A DNA stretch of 64,000 nt from Eledone cirrhosa (lineage: Eukaryota): contig OZ024743.1 in assembly GCA_964016885.1 (NCBI GenBank), positions 346,394,001 through 346,458,000 on the forward strand. The letters are read 5' to 3'. Shown piece by piece: positions 38,812 through 53,362 of the stretch; the first letter of the stretch is position 1, and the number at the start of each line of letters is the position of its first letter. The translations under genes were made by a program, and so were the position numbers. The notes beneath the pieces are model-generated. The model was given only the letters and a program-made list of their open reading frames with translations. It did no database searches and was not told the origin of the DNA.

Positions 38812-39423
38812 ACACACTTGCAAACACATCCAAATATACATATAAAATTATCCCACTCTCAAATTATTTCTTGCAAATCATCTCATTTCATTTCTTAACC
38901 ATTACGATCCGCGTTACCACCGGCGCACACACTATCAATTCCATCACCATTATTATCTTCACCGGCACCGTTGATCTTTCATCTATGGGGGGCCCCACCT
39001 CAGTGATTCTCTAGTTATCATATACTCACCTCAACAGTCACGAAAGTAAGAAGCCATGGGCCATTTTTTAGAACAAAGAAATAAATCGCCGATCGGGTAG
39101 TAAAATCGACCCGAGCACAGTCGGTTCGTGTCAACATGATTCCCTGGGAGCTAATAATATCTCTCTATTGCTGCAATCAATTTTACATCTTGCCATATAT
39201 TCTTCAACAGACATCGCCTTATTTTCTTTCTCAACGCAAAAACAAAATTAATACCTCCTGGTTCTATATTATGCTTGCACACACGAGAGCACACAAACAT
39301 ACGTATTTGCATACATATACATATATATAATGACACGCATTTCCACAGTGACAGATACGCAGGGAAATAGATTTTCAGTCTAACAAGATCTCACCAAAAA
39401 CATTATAAAATAGTTTCAGGAAC

Positions 39424-39475
<52 letters not shown>

Positions 39476-39568
39476 GTCTGTTTGTGCGTGTGCGCGTATG
39501 TATATATATATATGTGTGTGTGTGTATATATATGTATATATATATGTGTATATATGTATATATGTATG

Positions 39569-39630
<62 letters not shown>

Positions 39631-39712
39631 TATATGTATATATATATGTATATATATATATATGTATATATGTATATATATGTATATATTTATCTATCTA
39701 TCTATCTATCTA

Positions 39713-39782
<70 letters not shown>

Positions 39783-40533
39783 TACGTTTAGAGTCGGTTC
39801 GCCGTTCTGAGTACTCGATGCTGTTCCAAAGTTCGTCTATTATTGAGGTTTGTTCCAGAGTTAAGGCGGCTCTATTGTGCAGACTGTAATTAAATATAAG
39901 GAAGGTAGAAGTTACAACGTATATATGAAATTTATGGCACATTAAAATCGTTTGAGTATCGATCAGTATCGAGTACATATATATGATAGCTGCAAACTCT
40001 GCTAAGATTATTGCAGCCGCTTGTAGGATTATAGAGTTTGGTGCACTTTTAGGCTACAGCCAGACAGACGAACCTGTAACAGATCCTTAACAAGCAAAGG
40101 CTGTGCTTTGAAGGTTTTTTTAAACTGGGAAAAGGCCTTGCACTCGACCAATCCCACTATCTAAGCATCGAAAATACTACCCAAAAAGGTGAAATGGTCA
40201 ACATCATCGGATGCTTCCGAAGCCGCAGGTTTTTTTTTTCAGAGTTTCCCTCTCCTTGAAAGATTTTGTGACAACTGGGGGCCTTTCTCACCCAGGTAAA
40301 AAAAAAAAAGAATAAAAAAAAACTATTTGAATGGTCATAGACTCTGTTGAGTTCCTCCTCCCATTACCGGGTCTTGTATTTCATGACGCACGGTGTCCAA
40401 AGTTCACCCTCCCCAACAAGCTAGCTTAGTGGGGTTGCCGGTTTAGTCGCCGACTACCCGGCCATGAGACAGGTTGTACTGGGTTACATGTTATCAGTAG
40501 CACTCGCTAGTGACCTGACATAGTATATATATG

Positions 40534-40576
<43 letters not shown>

Positions 40577-40578
<2 letters not shown>

Positions 40579-40862
40579 CAATGGAGTGTAACGTAAAGTT
40601 ACGGTAGGTTCACCAAGGTGAGCACTCGATGTTTAGATTCATGCCTGTAACGCGGTGTTACAGTGTTAGAGCTTAACAGAGTGTAAATATTATAATACAA
40701 GGACGATATGTTATGTCTTCATTACGTTTATTAGTTGGTGACGCGCGTTTCGCTATTGATCAGCTCAAGGTTCGATCTGAATCGAATAGCGAAACGCGCG
40801 TCACCAATCAATAAACTTAATGAAGACATGATAAATCGTCCTTCTATTATTAGATTTATATA
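40577..40862. mobile_element. PLE pseudo-LTR fragment (family H3) with fold-back palindrome 40682-40860
   Basis: Both arms read gc-GAAA-cgcgcg-TC-accaa; joined through gctatt...aatagc. Confidence 0.85.
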
Positions 40863-40871
40863 TAAGGGTCC

Positions 40872-41054
40872 TGGATTGGGAGAACCGCTAGAGAGTCGAA
40901 CACCATGCTTTGCTGCATAGAGTTACGGTCCTTTAAGGTCTGAGATCAAATACCGCTGAGGTGAACTTTGTCTTTCACCTGTAACGTACTGGGATCGATT
41001 TAATCGACTTTCCTCTCCCTACAAATTACTGTCCTTTTGCTTTTACTAGAAACC

Positions 41055-41058
<4 letters not shown>
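40872..41058 (+). mobile_element. SINE family 1 (diverged)
   Basis: tggattggg head, gagatcaaatacc B-box remnant, tagaaaccatta tail. Confidence 0.75.
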
Positions 41059-41132
<74 letters not shown>

Positions 41133-41822
41133 TGCATATGCATATAAATATATATAAATAAATATCTTCGCGTGTACTATATTCACATATTGTTACACTT
41201 GTCTTAACTTTGAGCTACAATATTTTTTCTTTAGATAATAATAGTAAGAATACACCTTTCCTCCTTGCATATACATATCTTATACGTTTCTTACCATATT
41301 TTATATCTTTGTACGACTACGAATTGTGTGATACTTATTAAGCGTTGTCATAGGTACTTCTTGCATATCCCACTGTTTTGTTCTTGCGGTTTTTTGTTTC
41401 TATTTTTCGCTTGTGATCTACTCATTATTTATTTAATTGTCATCTATCTTCAACCTTATTTTTCTACTTTAATTACTACTACGGCCACTGAGGCCGAGCA
41501 CTACAGCTAGCTAACTAAGGTATCGTCGATACAGCCGTAGATGTAAACGAATCCCTCTGACACAGCGACTGATTTCTGCCACTGCTAAAACATCTCAGAA
41601 TGACCTGGTTCCAGAGACAGTGAAGGGCAAATTTCCGACCATGGTACCACTAGGTATATACAATCGCTCGGGGATATGGTGGTAGTAATACATCTGACCA
41701 ATAGCTAGTGGCCTTCTATATCCATTGTATTGAGGCTTTCAGAAACCAAAACCAAGTATCAGCCCAGGACATATTAATGAATTGAAACAACAGGTGTAAT
41801 TTTTATTTCTTCGTGTTGTTTT

Positions 41823-41885
41823 CTGATTTTCTGATGTGGATATAACTGTTGCATAACAGTTATCATCGAAATACGTATAACAGTT
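41823..41885 (+). ncRNA. Degenerate hammerhead related to 23260 and 54786
   Basis: CTGATGT-ggatataactgtt(gcat)aacagttatcatc-GAAA-tacgta-TA-acagt. Confidence 0.6.
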
Positions 41886-41943
41886 ATAAGGGGGTAAATG
41901 ATCTAAATTCTAACGTGTTGACTTGTACTTCATTATTATGAAT

Positions 41944-42260
41944 ACGGGGTCGATAAAATAAAGTACCAGTAATGCACTGGCTAAATGCTGGCCTTGTGCC
42001 AGAAGTAGAAACAATTATTATGAAATGACTCCGGAATAAACAGATGTACTTGTATACTTCTTTGAGTGCACTATCCTGCTTACAATAGTTGTTTCTACTT
42101 TTGGCACAAGGCCAGCAATTACTCAGTGCATTACTGGTCCTTTATTTTATCGACCCCGTAAGGAGGAAAGGCAAACTTAACATTTGGCGGGATTTGAACT
42201 CAGAACATAGAAACGTAACGATGCTAGAAAGCATGGCGTTCGACTGTCTACCGATACTGC
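41944..42260. mobile_element. Two SINE family 1 copies, tail-to-tail (41944-42020 +, 42086-42260 -)
   Basis: Direct match to the family consensus. Confidence 0.9.
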
Positions 42261-42329
42261 GAATAGCGTCAGTTACATATTTAATTATATATATATATAT
42301 ATTGTTATACTTGGGGAGGGTCATATATA

Positions 42330-42714
<385 letters not shown>

Positions 42715-42763
<49 letters not shown>

Positions 42764-44041
42764 AGGGTTAAAATACTGGAGTGTGTTAGAGTTAAACACC
42801 CTCTTCGTATTATAGAAATGACAGTAAAAGGTATAGCTCAATGTAGTTAAACAGAGCCGAAAAATTAACAGAGTAAAACAAAGAAGCCTTCAATACATCA
42901 AAAGTCTTTATTAGCCGACAATGTTTCGTCCTATTAAGGACTCATCAGGGCAATTAAAACAACAAGAAGTAATATCGGCAGATACAAGCCGGAAGCTCCG
43001 AAGAATATGGAGTGTACATACACTGAAGTATTACAAAAATATATAATAAAAATATATGATAAAAATTACTAAGGATGTATATAACACTAAGAACCATATT
43101 ACAAATATAGTCCAAAGCAAAAACTAGAGCTAAACAAAGGTGGTTATATAGAGCAGGAATTATATATAATACAATATAACATACTATAATATACCTTTAC
43201 CAACATTAAAATTACAATAAAAATCAAAAGATACAATATGCATATGTATATATGTGCGCACACGTACACACACACATACACATACAACAATACACACATC
43301 CATCCTCAACTGCACAAATTAAACCTTATTAAGAATTTGAATATATAAATAAGCATGATAGGAATGAAAATAATAATAATAATAATACTAATACATCTAC
43401 CCAATATACATGAGGTAATAATATGATATAATTATAAGTAGTACATAGGTAATAATATGATATAATTATAAGTAACACATATAATAATAAATAATACAAT
43501 TATATACTATATAATACAATATAATAGAATAGATAATCTCCGGTTAATTTACACAAACAATATAGATGTCACAATAATAATATAATAATAATATTTACAA
43601 TATACAATATACTAACATTCTAAATGTACTCAAGTTAACAAGTCAATTCATACTGGGTTGCAGAGTAGGTGAGGAAAAATAAAATGTACAATACCTCAAA
43701 AGAATTTTGATGATACAGAAGTACAAACATCTTACAAGATATATAAGGTTTAACATATCATAATGTTACATATAATTAACGGTAAGTAATAAGGATCAAT
43801 ATTACAATAAAAAATACAATATAATATAATATAATATATAAAATAAAATTAATACAATATAATATAATTACTTATAATTACAAGGTTGGTAGACAGACAT
43901 GTACATGGATGAGTGAGTAAGTGCCAGACAGTAAATATAATCATATATCGGCTCTGTTTAACTACATTGAGCTATACCTTTTACTGTCATTTCTATAATA
44001 CGAAGAGGGTGTTTAACTCTAACACACTCCAGTATTTTAAC

Positions 44042-44081
<40 letters not shown>

Positions 44082-44099
44082 GTGAGGTTTTTTTTACAA
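42715..44099 (-). mobile_element. Non-coding PLE-type element with about 146-bp inverted arms (42715-42860 / 43948-44099) and an intact HHR
   Basis: Arms identical except for TA-tract length; AT-rich interior with no ORF. Confidence 0.88.
42910..42954 (-). ncRNA. Minimal type I hammerhead ribozyme (canonical, GUC site)
   Basis: attgcc-CTGATGA-gtcct(taat)aggac-GAAA-c(att)g-TC-ggctaat. Confidence 0.92.
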
Positions 44100-44469
44100 G
44101 TAAGTAAAAAAAGGGGGGAGGAGAAGAAAAAAGGAACAAAACATAAAACCTAGATGTCAAAACACGGATATAAAGACACATACACATACGCATACATATA
44201 TACATACACATAAATATATATACATATATATATATACTGACATACAGATACATTTGCCCTTAATTATATATTTACGCACACTTTTTCACTATACGTATAC
44301 ATATGTGCATACACATATATGCACATCTGCGAGCGTATATACATACATATACACACACCTAACTATATTTCTTGAAAGATTATTATATATTTCATATTCT
44401 AATTCATTTGTCTATATCTTTTTTTTGATTTTCTTGACGAGACTTTCCAAGTATTTACCCATGTTTTAT

Positions 44470-44547
44470 ATTGCCTCGTCTGACGAACGAATGAAGACGT
44501 TTCTTTCGTATTCGCCTCATTCGGGAAACCTCTGGTAATGAGGTAAT
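44470..44547 (+). ncRNA. Type I hammerhead with intact core and long stems
   Basis: attgcctcgt-CTGACGA-acgaatga..tcattcgg-GAAA-cc(tct)gg-TA-atgaggtaat; 10-bp stem I; A.G mismatch at the base of stem II. Confidence 0.8.
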
Positions 44548-44659
44548 TATATTGTATTGATTTTTATACATTATATATATATATATATATATATATTTAT
44601 TAAAATAACAGATTAAAGTTTAAGCAAAGAATCGCTGCTTTCACCCTTAACATATAGAC

Positions 44660-44690
<31 letters not shown>

Positions 44691-44692
<2 letters not shown>

Positions 44693-44842
44693 ATATAGAA
44701 ATGGCTTCTACAGGACTAGAACTGTTTCACTCGAAGGAAACTGTTCTCGTCCTGTAGAAGATATTTCTCTATTAAATATTTATACTCTGCTATGTATAGA
44801 GTACCTTAATTACTGTGGTTACTCCTGATTGATCCCGGGATA
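44691..44842. mobile_element. PLE pseudo-LTR fragment (family H4) with fold-back palindrome 44691-44774
   Basis: The arms read GAAA-cagttctagtcctg-TA-gaag (one arm slightly diverged); an unfolded relative with CTGATGA is at 61463-61520. Confidence 0.8.
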
Positions 44843-44870
44843 TACACACACGCACACACACACACACACA

Positions 44871-44932
<62 letters not shown>

Positions 44933-45358
44933 TACATATATACATATATATATATATATTTATATATATGTGTGTGTATGTGAATCTGTATATTTTAGCA
45001 GAAACCCTCTCTCCGCTCGGCCACAATTGTTAACATGGCGCAAATATTTTGCCTGATATCGCATTACTCCTCTGAGTAGACGATTGAGAATATAAGTATA
45101 TGTATCTCAATCCTGACCATCCACGCTCTCTCCCTCTCCCTCTCACACATTCTTACATCTTACATCACACACCAACATTTTCGTCGTCAAATTTTCAGGT
45201 ATTTAACGCGAAATCGTACAATAAATGTTTCAAAACAAATTAATTTATTGAAACTTCTGTCGTTGCTTACCTGGAAATTAGAACGGAAATGAAGTAATCA
45301 CGAATATAAGATACAAAGTCGATATGTATAAATGTCCTTCTTTGTGTGAGTATATATG

Positions 45359-45424
<66 letters not shown>

Positions 45425-45485
45425 TACATACATTTTCAAACATGCACACACACACACACATATCTTATATATATATATATATATG

Positions 45486-45544
<59 letters not shown>

Positions 45545-46350
45545 AGATAGATATATGTGTGTGTGTGTATAAAATCGTGATTTCTGACTGTCGAGTCATC
45601 GATACACTGTCAGATAACCAACAGTGAGTTCAGAAGTTTATATCTTTTTACAGACACTCCCATATATATTTACGTCTAATTGTAAATAGATATTAGTATC
45701 ATAGTAGTGAAATTTGGAATGATCGTATTACTCAGTGGACTACCTAAAAATATACCATCTCTCATTTGGAGCAACCTATCCTCGGTCACTCAAACTGCTA
45801 GATATAGCAGCCACATATCCTTCAACCCACAAGATATTCTGTTTAAAACATAGACACGGTAGATTATTTTTTCTAACAAAGGCATCGATCTAATAATTTG
45901 TTGGGGTCGTTTAGGCAATTACATTTTCGCCAGTATATGACTAGTACTTTATTATCGAGTTTAGATTTGGACTCAGCACACAGTGAGCCGAAATCAATTG
46001 AGCTTGGTCATTTGTCTGACACCTTCTATCGCATCTACACCCTCGTCAATTTAGATAATGTAATCAAAGGTTTTTTTTCCAAAGCTGTACATATATCAGC
46101 ATTAATAGTTTCCAACTGAACAGAAATGTGTAAATTGGTTTGTATAGGATTGTTATCTCTTAGCAAAAGGAGGAGATTAAGGAGTTGATACTCATTTACA
46201 CACACTTGCATTCATTCAGCTATTCACTCATTCATCATCGGGATTTAAAATAACGATGTGGTTGTAGTAGTGGTGTTCTCGCATACCGAGTAACTTATGC
46301 ATTTCAACCTAGTGTAGCCAATCCCTCTCATTATTTGACAATAGACAAAA

Positions 46351-46540
46351 GGCGGTGGATTGGCAGTATCGGTAGAGGGTCGGACGCCATGCTTTCCAGC
46401 ATAGTTACGTCCCTTTACGATCTGAGTTCAAATGCCGCCGAGGTTGACTTTGCCTTTCATCCTTACGGTGGTCGATAAAATAAAGTACCAGTAATACACT
46501 GGGTAATTGCTGGCCTTGTGCCTAAAGTAGAAACAATTAT
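46351..46540 (+). mobile_element. Full-length SINE family 1 with 17-bp TSD
   Basis: A box tggcagtatcgg, B box gagttcaaatgcc; TSD attatttgacaatagac at 46330-46346 and 46536-46552. Confidence 0.97.
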
Positions 46541-46733
46541 TTGACAATAGACTATTACTTCCAGAGAACTAATGGAGAGAGTTAAAGAACTTTCGATAAA
46601 AGAATTGACTCCAACATTGACGTAGTTTATTCATCGACCTCTAACACACACTCACATACTAACAATTGCATCATCAGTGCAGAGATAATTTTCATCAACA
46701 CCTCAACCACCGACACTTACATCAACGTCATCG

Positions 46734-46817
46734 CCCCTAGAAGCCTAGAACCGCTACCATATATACTTCATCATCCCCCTAGAAGCCTAGAACCGCTACC
46801 ATATATACTTCATCATC
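46734..46817. repeat. About 42-bp perfect tandem duplication
   Basis: cccctagaagcctagaaccgctaccatatatacttcatcatc x2. Confidence 0.95.
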
Positions 46818-48329
46818 AGCAGCAGCATTAACACTATCATTACTCTTCCCATTAATACTCCACCACCACCACCACCACCACTACCTAAGTATAGATAGAA
46901 GAATTAAATGACAAAGTACAAATAGTTATAAGAACTGTTTCTTTGTCGCAAAGAACATCTTTTTAAACGTTTCCGCGAGTATTTCCTGTTGTCTGCCTGT
47001 CTGCCCGTCCACGAGATTTGTCCTTCTATATTTTCAGCATTCTATAATTCTTTCTCTCTAGTTATTCCTTCTTACATTCTATCTTTAACTCACCTATACT
47101 AGATTTACTCTATTTTTTGTTTATTTAATTTATTTCTTTTTCATTTCTTTCTCTTCCCAATTTCTTTTATTATTATTATTGTTATTGTTGTTATTATTAT
47201 TATTTATTTATTTTTACTAAAGCACTTAATTAGAATAAAAGCGCTTTTGGGTGTAACAATGCTTTTTATGTGTTACAAAAACATGTAAGGTATTTTATTT
47301 GTTTCCTCTCGTTTCAATCAAATTTTTAGCGTGCAAATCATTTCTTTCTCTATCCACCCCTAAGACAGAATAGATAGAAGCTATTTGTTTTATGTTATTT
47401 ATTTCATTCATTTTTTTAATTTGATTTTTTAAATTTATTTTTATTGTATTTCTCATCGTGTTCTACATCATTTCTCATATTGCTCCTTTCTTTTTCTCCA
47501 TATATTTTTCTAGCAATGAAATAAAACTGAAAGTTTTTTTTTGAATGGTATAAACATTTGAAACAAAAACATTGTATTTTTTTATTTTTTTGCGAAATTT
47601 CTTCTTTGCAATTGACGTTTTTATTTTAAATCTCATGTCTGACGACAGAATTTTGATCTTCAAATGTAAAACCAATGGTTTCGATATTCCTTAGAATATT
47701 GGCATAGTTCTTAAAACTCTATACATCATATATATTTTGTTCGAAGAATAAATTTAAGGGTGCAAATATACTGTATTTTCGCATAAGATTGGCAGCATAA
47801 GTATAAATATATATGAAATATATATTTATACTTATGTACCTTCTCCTAGAGAAGATATTTCGAAACTCTGTGTCGTGACGCATTACTCTATCGCAAATAA
47901 ACTCTGGGTGTATCACGAATTTAACTCTTGTCTGAAAATTGTTCCAAATATTTGACTGTGAAGTATATGCGAGATACGACAACTTACCGTAGAATTATAC
48001 GTGTGAATGGGGACACCTGATGTGATATTTAATTATTTATTTATTAAATTCTTTAATTTCGTATTGCCAACAAAACTTAATTAATATGTCACGAAAGATT
48101 TTATTTTTAAAAAGCGTGTCAATGTGAAAAATCTAGAGTAACAACCGTAAATTATACTACTAAAAGTGTTGTTTTTTTTTGTTTTTTTTACACATCATGC
48201 CTATATGTGAGGGAAGAGAAAGAGGAAGTTGTGATGTTTATATTCTCAAAGGGTTTAGTAACAAAGAGGAAATGAATGGCTTCAATTGGTATGTCCTCTC
48301 ACTGGATATTTATCGCTAGCTTAACAACC

Positions 48330-48604
48330 ATAATAGCATGGTGCAGTCTGCGACTGACCAAGGTTCTGCTGCACATCGGGCTGAGGAGGCCAAACTCCTC
48401 AAATACCGGTCGCTCTCCGACAGGTTTGCGGTCGTACCCCTGGCAGTAGAGACTTCTGGTGTCCTTGGCCCCAGGGCTACCTCCTTACTCACCAGCATAG
48501 GCGCTGAGCTACCCAGCCGTGAGTTGGAGTGGCTTTTCCAGCGAGTATCCATTGCCGTCATCCGGGGAAACGCCTTCTCCATTCTGCACGCCGGGGCTAA
48601 TTAA
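48330..48604 (+). mobile_element. CRE-clade non-LTR retrotransposon 3' fragment (C-terminus of the restriction-like endonuclease)
   Basis: AAHRAEEAKLLKY..FAVVPLAVETSGVLG..LFQRVSIAVIRGNA; GC-rich island in AT-rich DNA. Confidence 0.85.
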
Positions 48605-49894
48605 CGTTTGATCTAAGAGACTGAAGTTCTCTTGAATCTGTCATTGTCCCCTCTAACTTAAGTATAAGTAAATACACAAGTACACAGAAACACACATACA
48701 GACACATATGTACTTCACTCTCTGGAACTATATATCTAATAGGGAGAGAAGGAAACGCTATTACCACAATCACACCCAATACTAAATTGGTACGTTTTAC
48801 ATTGCCCTTGAAAAGATGAAAAGCAATGATGACTTCGGTGGGATTTGAACTTGAAGCACCGTGAGCCAAACCATATGTCGAGGTATTTTTATCGGACACG
48901 CTAAAGCCTCTGCCAATATGCCGGCTTACTAAATGTATGTGTGTATGTATTTTTAGCTTTTGGGGCTCAACTTATATCGCCTCTATGTTTCATATCCCAT
49001 CCAAATGTTAGATTTTGGTCTTATCTTCTGAATGAAAGGTTTGTTAGTGCCGTTAGTTTTTTTTTTATTAGCAAGTTTTTATATTGAGGAGGATGGGTAA
49101 GAAATTGTTACTTATGTTATCAACGTCTGATTAACATTTTTGGCCGTTAACTTCAACTTGATTTCGCTTATCAGCAATGTATCTTAGCTTATTACTTAGT
49201 GCTATGACTGCGTATTAATGTTTGGTTTCAGTTCAGGGAGACATGTATATAATATTATTTAAAAGAAGCACAGAATTGGAACAGAAATTAGAAACAAACC
49301 CACTGACATTACGCGACCCGTGTGCGTATCACTCGCATGTAGGAGCATCTGTTAAAACGCTCTCTCTATAAAATGTATTTGACTAATATTTTATATTATT
49401 GTGCATTTCTATATCAGGGGGTTATTTCATCAACTTAAAACTCAAAATATTCTTTTGATGTAAATATATAAGCCTACAAATAAGCCCTTATGTATATATA
49501 GAAGACAGTAATCAAACTAACTGTGACACTGATTTCTGTTCCTAAATTTGTTGTAAACATACTAAAAGATTAAAAAAAGGATGCAAGCGGGAAGGATGGA
49601 ACTTTAAACTTAGATTTGAATTCAAGGTAACAAAATGCAAACACGGACAGACTTTGTCCAGATGTCTAACATCTGCACACATTTAGAGATTAGATATCAT
49701 CAAATTAGATCCATCTATAACGGTTGCCTTTTATATCGACCAAACATCAGCAATATTTGAAGGCATATCACAGAGATCGGGTTTAGGAGATTAGCAAAGT
49801 ATTCTCTTCAGAGAGGTTCATCCTCAAGAAGTAAAGAGAATATATTGCAGATCTCCTAAGTCTGATCCCAACAGTATCTTCTGATGCACACGAA

Positions 49895-50362
49895 GTGCAT
49901 CTGTGAGTGGTGGATAATCTCTCTGAAGCTTAGGACACAAGAGTAGTTAAAGAGTTCAAATGTGACAAGACCATTGGGGAAGATGAAATCCTGCCCGAGA
50001 TGTTAAAAGCCTTAAATTGAGATGGCATCTCTGGCTAACTTGTGTGTGTCGGGTGGCCTGGATCTCTGGAAAGGCACCTATGAAATAGCAATCGGAAGTG
50101 ATAATCGCAATTATCAGAAAGAAAGACAAGAGCGATTATTCCAATTAAAGAGGGATCTCCATTTTAAGCATCCCCCGTAAAGTCAATACCAATTGTCTGG
50201 CTAGCTGATGAACAGGGGTAGACCCCGAACAAGATGACTGGATAACATCCATGAGCTTCGCTGATCCCTAGAGCCGGAGCAGGTGTAGACGGTTGAAGGA
50301 GTGTTTGACCTCTCAGTCCACACGACCCTCGCAAGAAGAAGAAGATGATGATGGCGATGATC
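49895..50362 (+). mobile_element. RTE LINE with a large internal deletion (RT N-terminus fused to the 3' end)
   Basis: GEDEILPEMLKAL..IIAIIRKKDKSDYSN*RGISIL, then a 3' terminus with a (GAA)n/(GAT)n tail. Confidence 0.8.
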
Positions 50363-50654
50363 ACACAGAGACATAGCTGATTATTTCAATGCATTTTGTC
50401 TGGTACTCTACTGAATATAGGAGACTTTTTCTGGAAGACCTAGCCAACATTGGATGTCAACAAGATGATACGTTCGTACTGCCTCACCACAGGCATGGCT
50501 ATTATTGATGGAAGAATAGATGTAGGGACGCCCGATAAGCAACAACATGGTTTCACGTATGATCCACTGACACATATACCAACACACAATCCGGATAAGT
50601 CCCTCCACCATTACATATATATGCGTTTTTGTGTATGTGTGAGTATGTGTGAAG

Positions 50655-50985
50655 ACGCATGGTATACTGGTTAGGGTGTTGGATTCACAATCGTGTTGTG
50701 GTGAGTTCGAGACTCCGACCGGGCGATGCGTTGTGGCTTTGAGCAAAATACGCTACTCCAGTTCATTCAGCTGTAGAAATTACTTGCGATGTCACTGGTG
50801 ATAGGCTGTCGCAGACTTTACCTTTTTCTTAGACAAAATCAGTAGCGCGGAGAGATGATTCTGGTATGCATGGGCGAATGCTTGTCTCCCAAAAAATCAA
50901 TTTGCCAGAGCTTGTGCTTGCTTCGGAGGGGAACTTTCTAGATCCCATGGTTTTTCGTAAATGAAGAGGGGATCTTTACCTTTAT
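50655..50985 (+). mobile_element. tRNA-derived SINE family 2
   Basis: A box tggtatactggttag, B box gagttcgagactcc, then gcgttgtggctttgagcaa; tail tttacctttat. Confidence 0.8.
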
Positions 50986-51813
50986 CTATATTTACTGAAA
51001 CACGGAGAAGTGAAATAATTTTTTTTTTATTAATTTACCCATGTTACAGCACATAATTCAATAGATTCTGGCAATTCTCAACTTGTTTATATATTAATGC
51101 TTGGCTTGGGCCTAGAATTCGTTATTTGATGTTAAACAACTTCGAGTATAAGGTTTCCTTTCAATGGGAAACCAATCCTTAGCAACGTCATTGTCTCCTG
51201 TTATCCGTCTTTATGTGAATTATGTGCATAGTCAAAAGACCAGACTTCATGACATCACATTAGTGAGGCTAATAATGTAATCTTCTGGTCGAGCGCCTTC
51301 ATACATTGTAATTCAGCCCATCCCGAGTAATCCACAGTCGCTTCAGGTACTTGTCTTTAGCTGAAGCAACGGAAGAAATAACAGGCAAAAAGTGCCTTGA
51401 AATCTATAATAAGCCATTGAATCTTGGTCTAGAAATAGGACCTCACAAACTTACGATCACGAGAACAATGCATTATACACTAAGCTACGCGATTTCACAC
51501 TTTGTGGTTACATATTGAATGTTAATTATTGTGTTTGAAACAAGATAAGGTAAAGCAACAGAAAGGTCTTTATATTCTAAACGAACGGCAGCAGTGCCAG
51601 TATAATTCTCAACAGCTCTGCTATAGCTAAATGTTGGCCTTTCAAAATCTCTCAAGATATTATCACATGTCAAGTTTCTGCCAAGAATTTTGACTATTTT
51701 TCTATAATTCTAGAATAATCTCTGACACTTCATTATCTTTCATATGTAGCTTTTTACGTGTCTACACACTCACACCCAGACACCCCTACCCCAATCCACC
51801 CACTCACATAGAG

Positions 51814-51880
<67 letters not shown>

Positions 51881-52073
51881 AAAATGTGTGTGTGTATCTG
51901 TGTGTTCGCACAAGTAAGACTGTATGCTGATGAGACCCGGCTTGTATGTGTATATTTTTAACAAAATGTGCATATGCGCATGGATTTCGTATATGTGTAA
52001 ATATATACGTATATGGATAATTATCCGTATACACACATATATATATATATATATACGGATATATATATACACG

Positions 52074-52141
<68 letters not shown>

Positions 52142-52477
52142 TATTTATATATATATATATATATATACAGTACATACATACATATATATTAGTATGTGGA
52201 ACAGATCTACATTTTTATTATGTGAGAAAATATTTCGTGGGACACGTACGAAACATATTTACGCATGTCAAGCTATAGAAATGATGCGTGGAAGTTGTGA
52301 AATCCATTCTTCATCTATTTGTATTCACGGTAGAATATCATCTATGTGTCATCAATTATGAAACATAAACCCCTAAGAAACATTCGACCGTCCCTTATTA
52401 TCTTTCTCCCTCTACCATTCTCCAATTTTCCACATTGCTCATTCCTCTCTATGTATGTATGTATGTATGTATGTAAA

Positions 52478-52569
<92 letters not shown>

Positions 52570-52644
52570 ATAAATATATATATAAATATATATATATATA
52601 TACCTATCATTGTATATATGTTTACTTCTACACACATACATATG

Positions 52645-52705
<61 letters not shown>

Positions 52706-52739
52706 ATCATTGTATATATGCTTACTTCTACACACATAG

Positions 52740-52785
<46 letters not shown>

Positions 52786-53078
52786 GTGAGATACCCTCGA
52801 ATTGTCTCAACCTATTCCTCCATATTTCAACGTTTCATTTGTGAATTAGAGATAAGAAGTCACAGACGAACAGTCTATAATGATGCCTAGGCATTCTTTC
52901 AGTACTAATTCATAATCTACTACAGCTGCTTGAATTATCATTAACTTGCCACTGCTTCCAAACTTGACACATACACACGTGTACAATGTTGACACCGAGT
53001 TACTTATATTAGTATAATTTACCTATGTGTGTGTGTGTATATATATATATACACATACACAGACACATATACACACAA

Positions 53079-53194
<116 letters not shown>

Positions 53195-53220
53195 GCGCGC
53201 GTGTGTGTGTGTGTGTGTGT

Positions 53221-53362
53221 ATCAGTTCGGATCGAGCTGTCGAAACGGCAAGAGCTCAGCCGTCGGGGTCCTGAATTTGTTCATATTACCCACTATACTA
53301 CCCCCAGTATGGAGTACTCTGATGCGTTATGGTCCACCTGGTATCTTACCACACCCACTTTG

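Noticed and set aside
41478-41540. ctacggc...gccgtag pairing with ctgagg/gatac inside
   Set aside because: Core too degenerate to call a hammerhead
46351-46440. tRNA-like A and B boxes
   Set aside because: Head of a multi-copy SINE with tail and TSD; no complete cloverleaf
47860-48120. Possible Tc1/mariner C-terminal remnant
   Set aside because: Only a vague resemblance in one frame; no TIR identified
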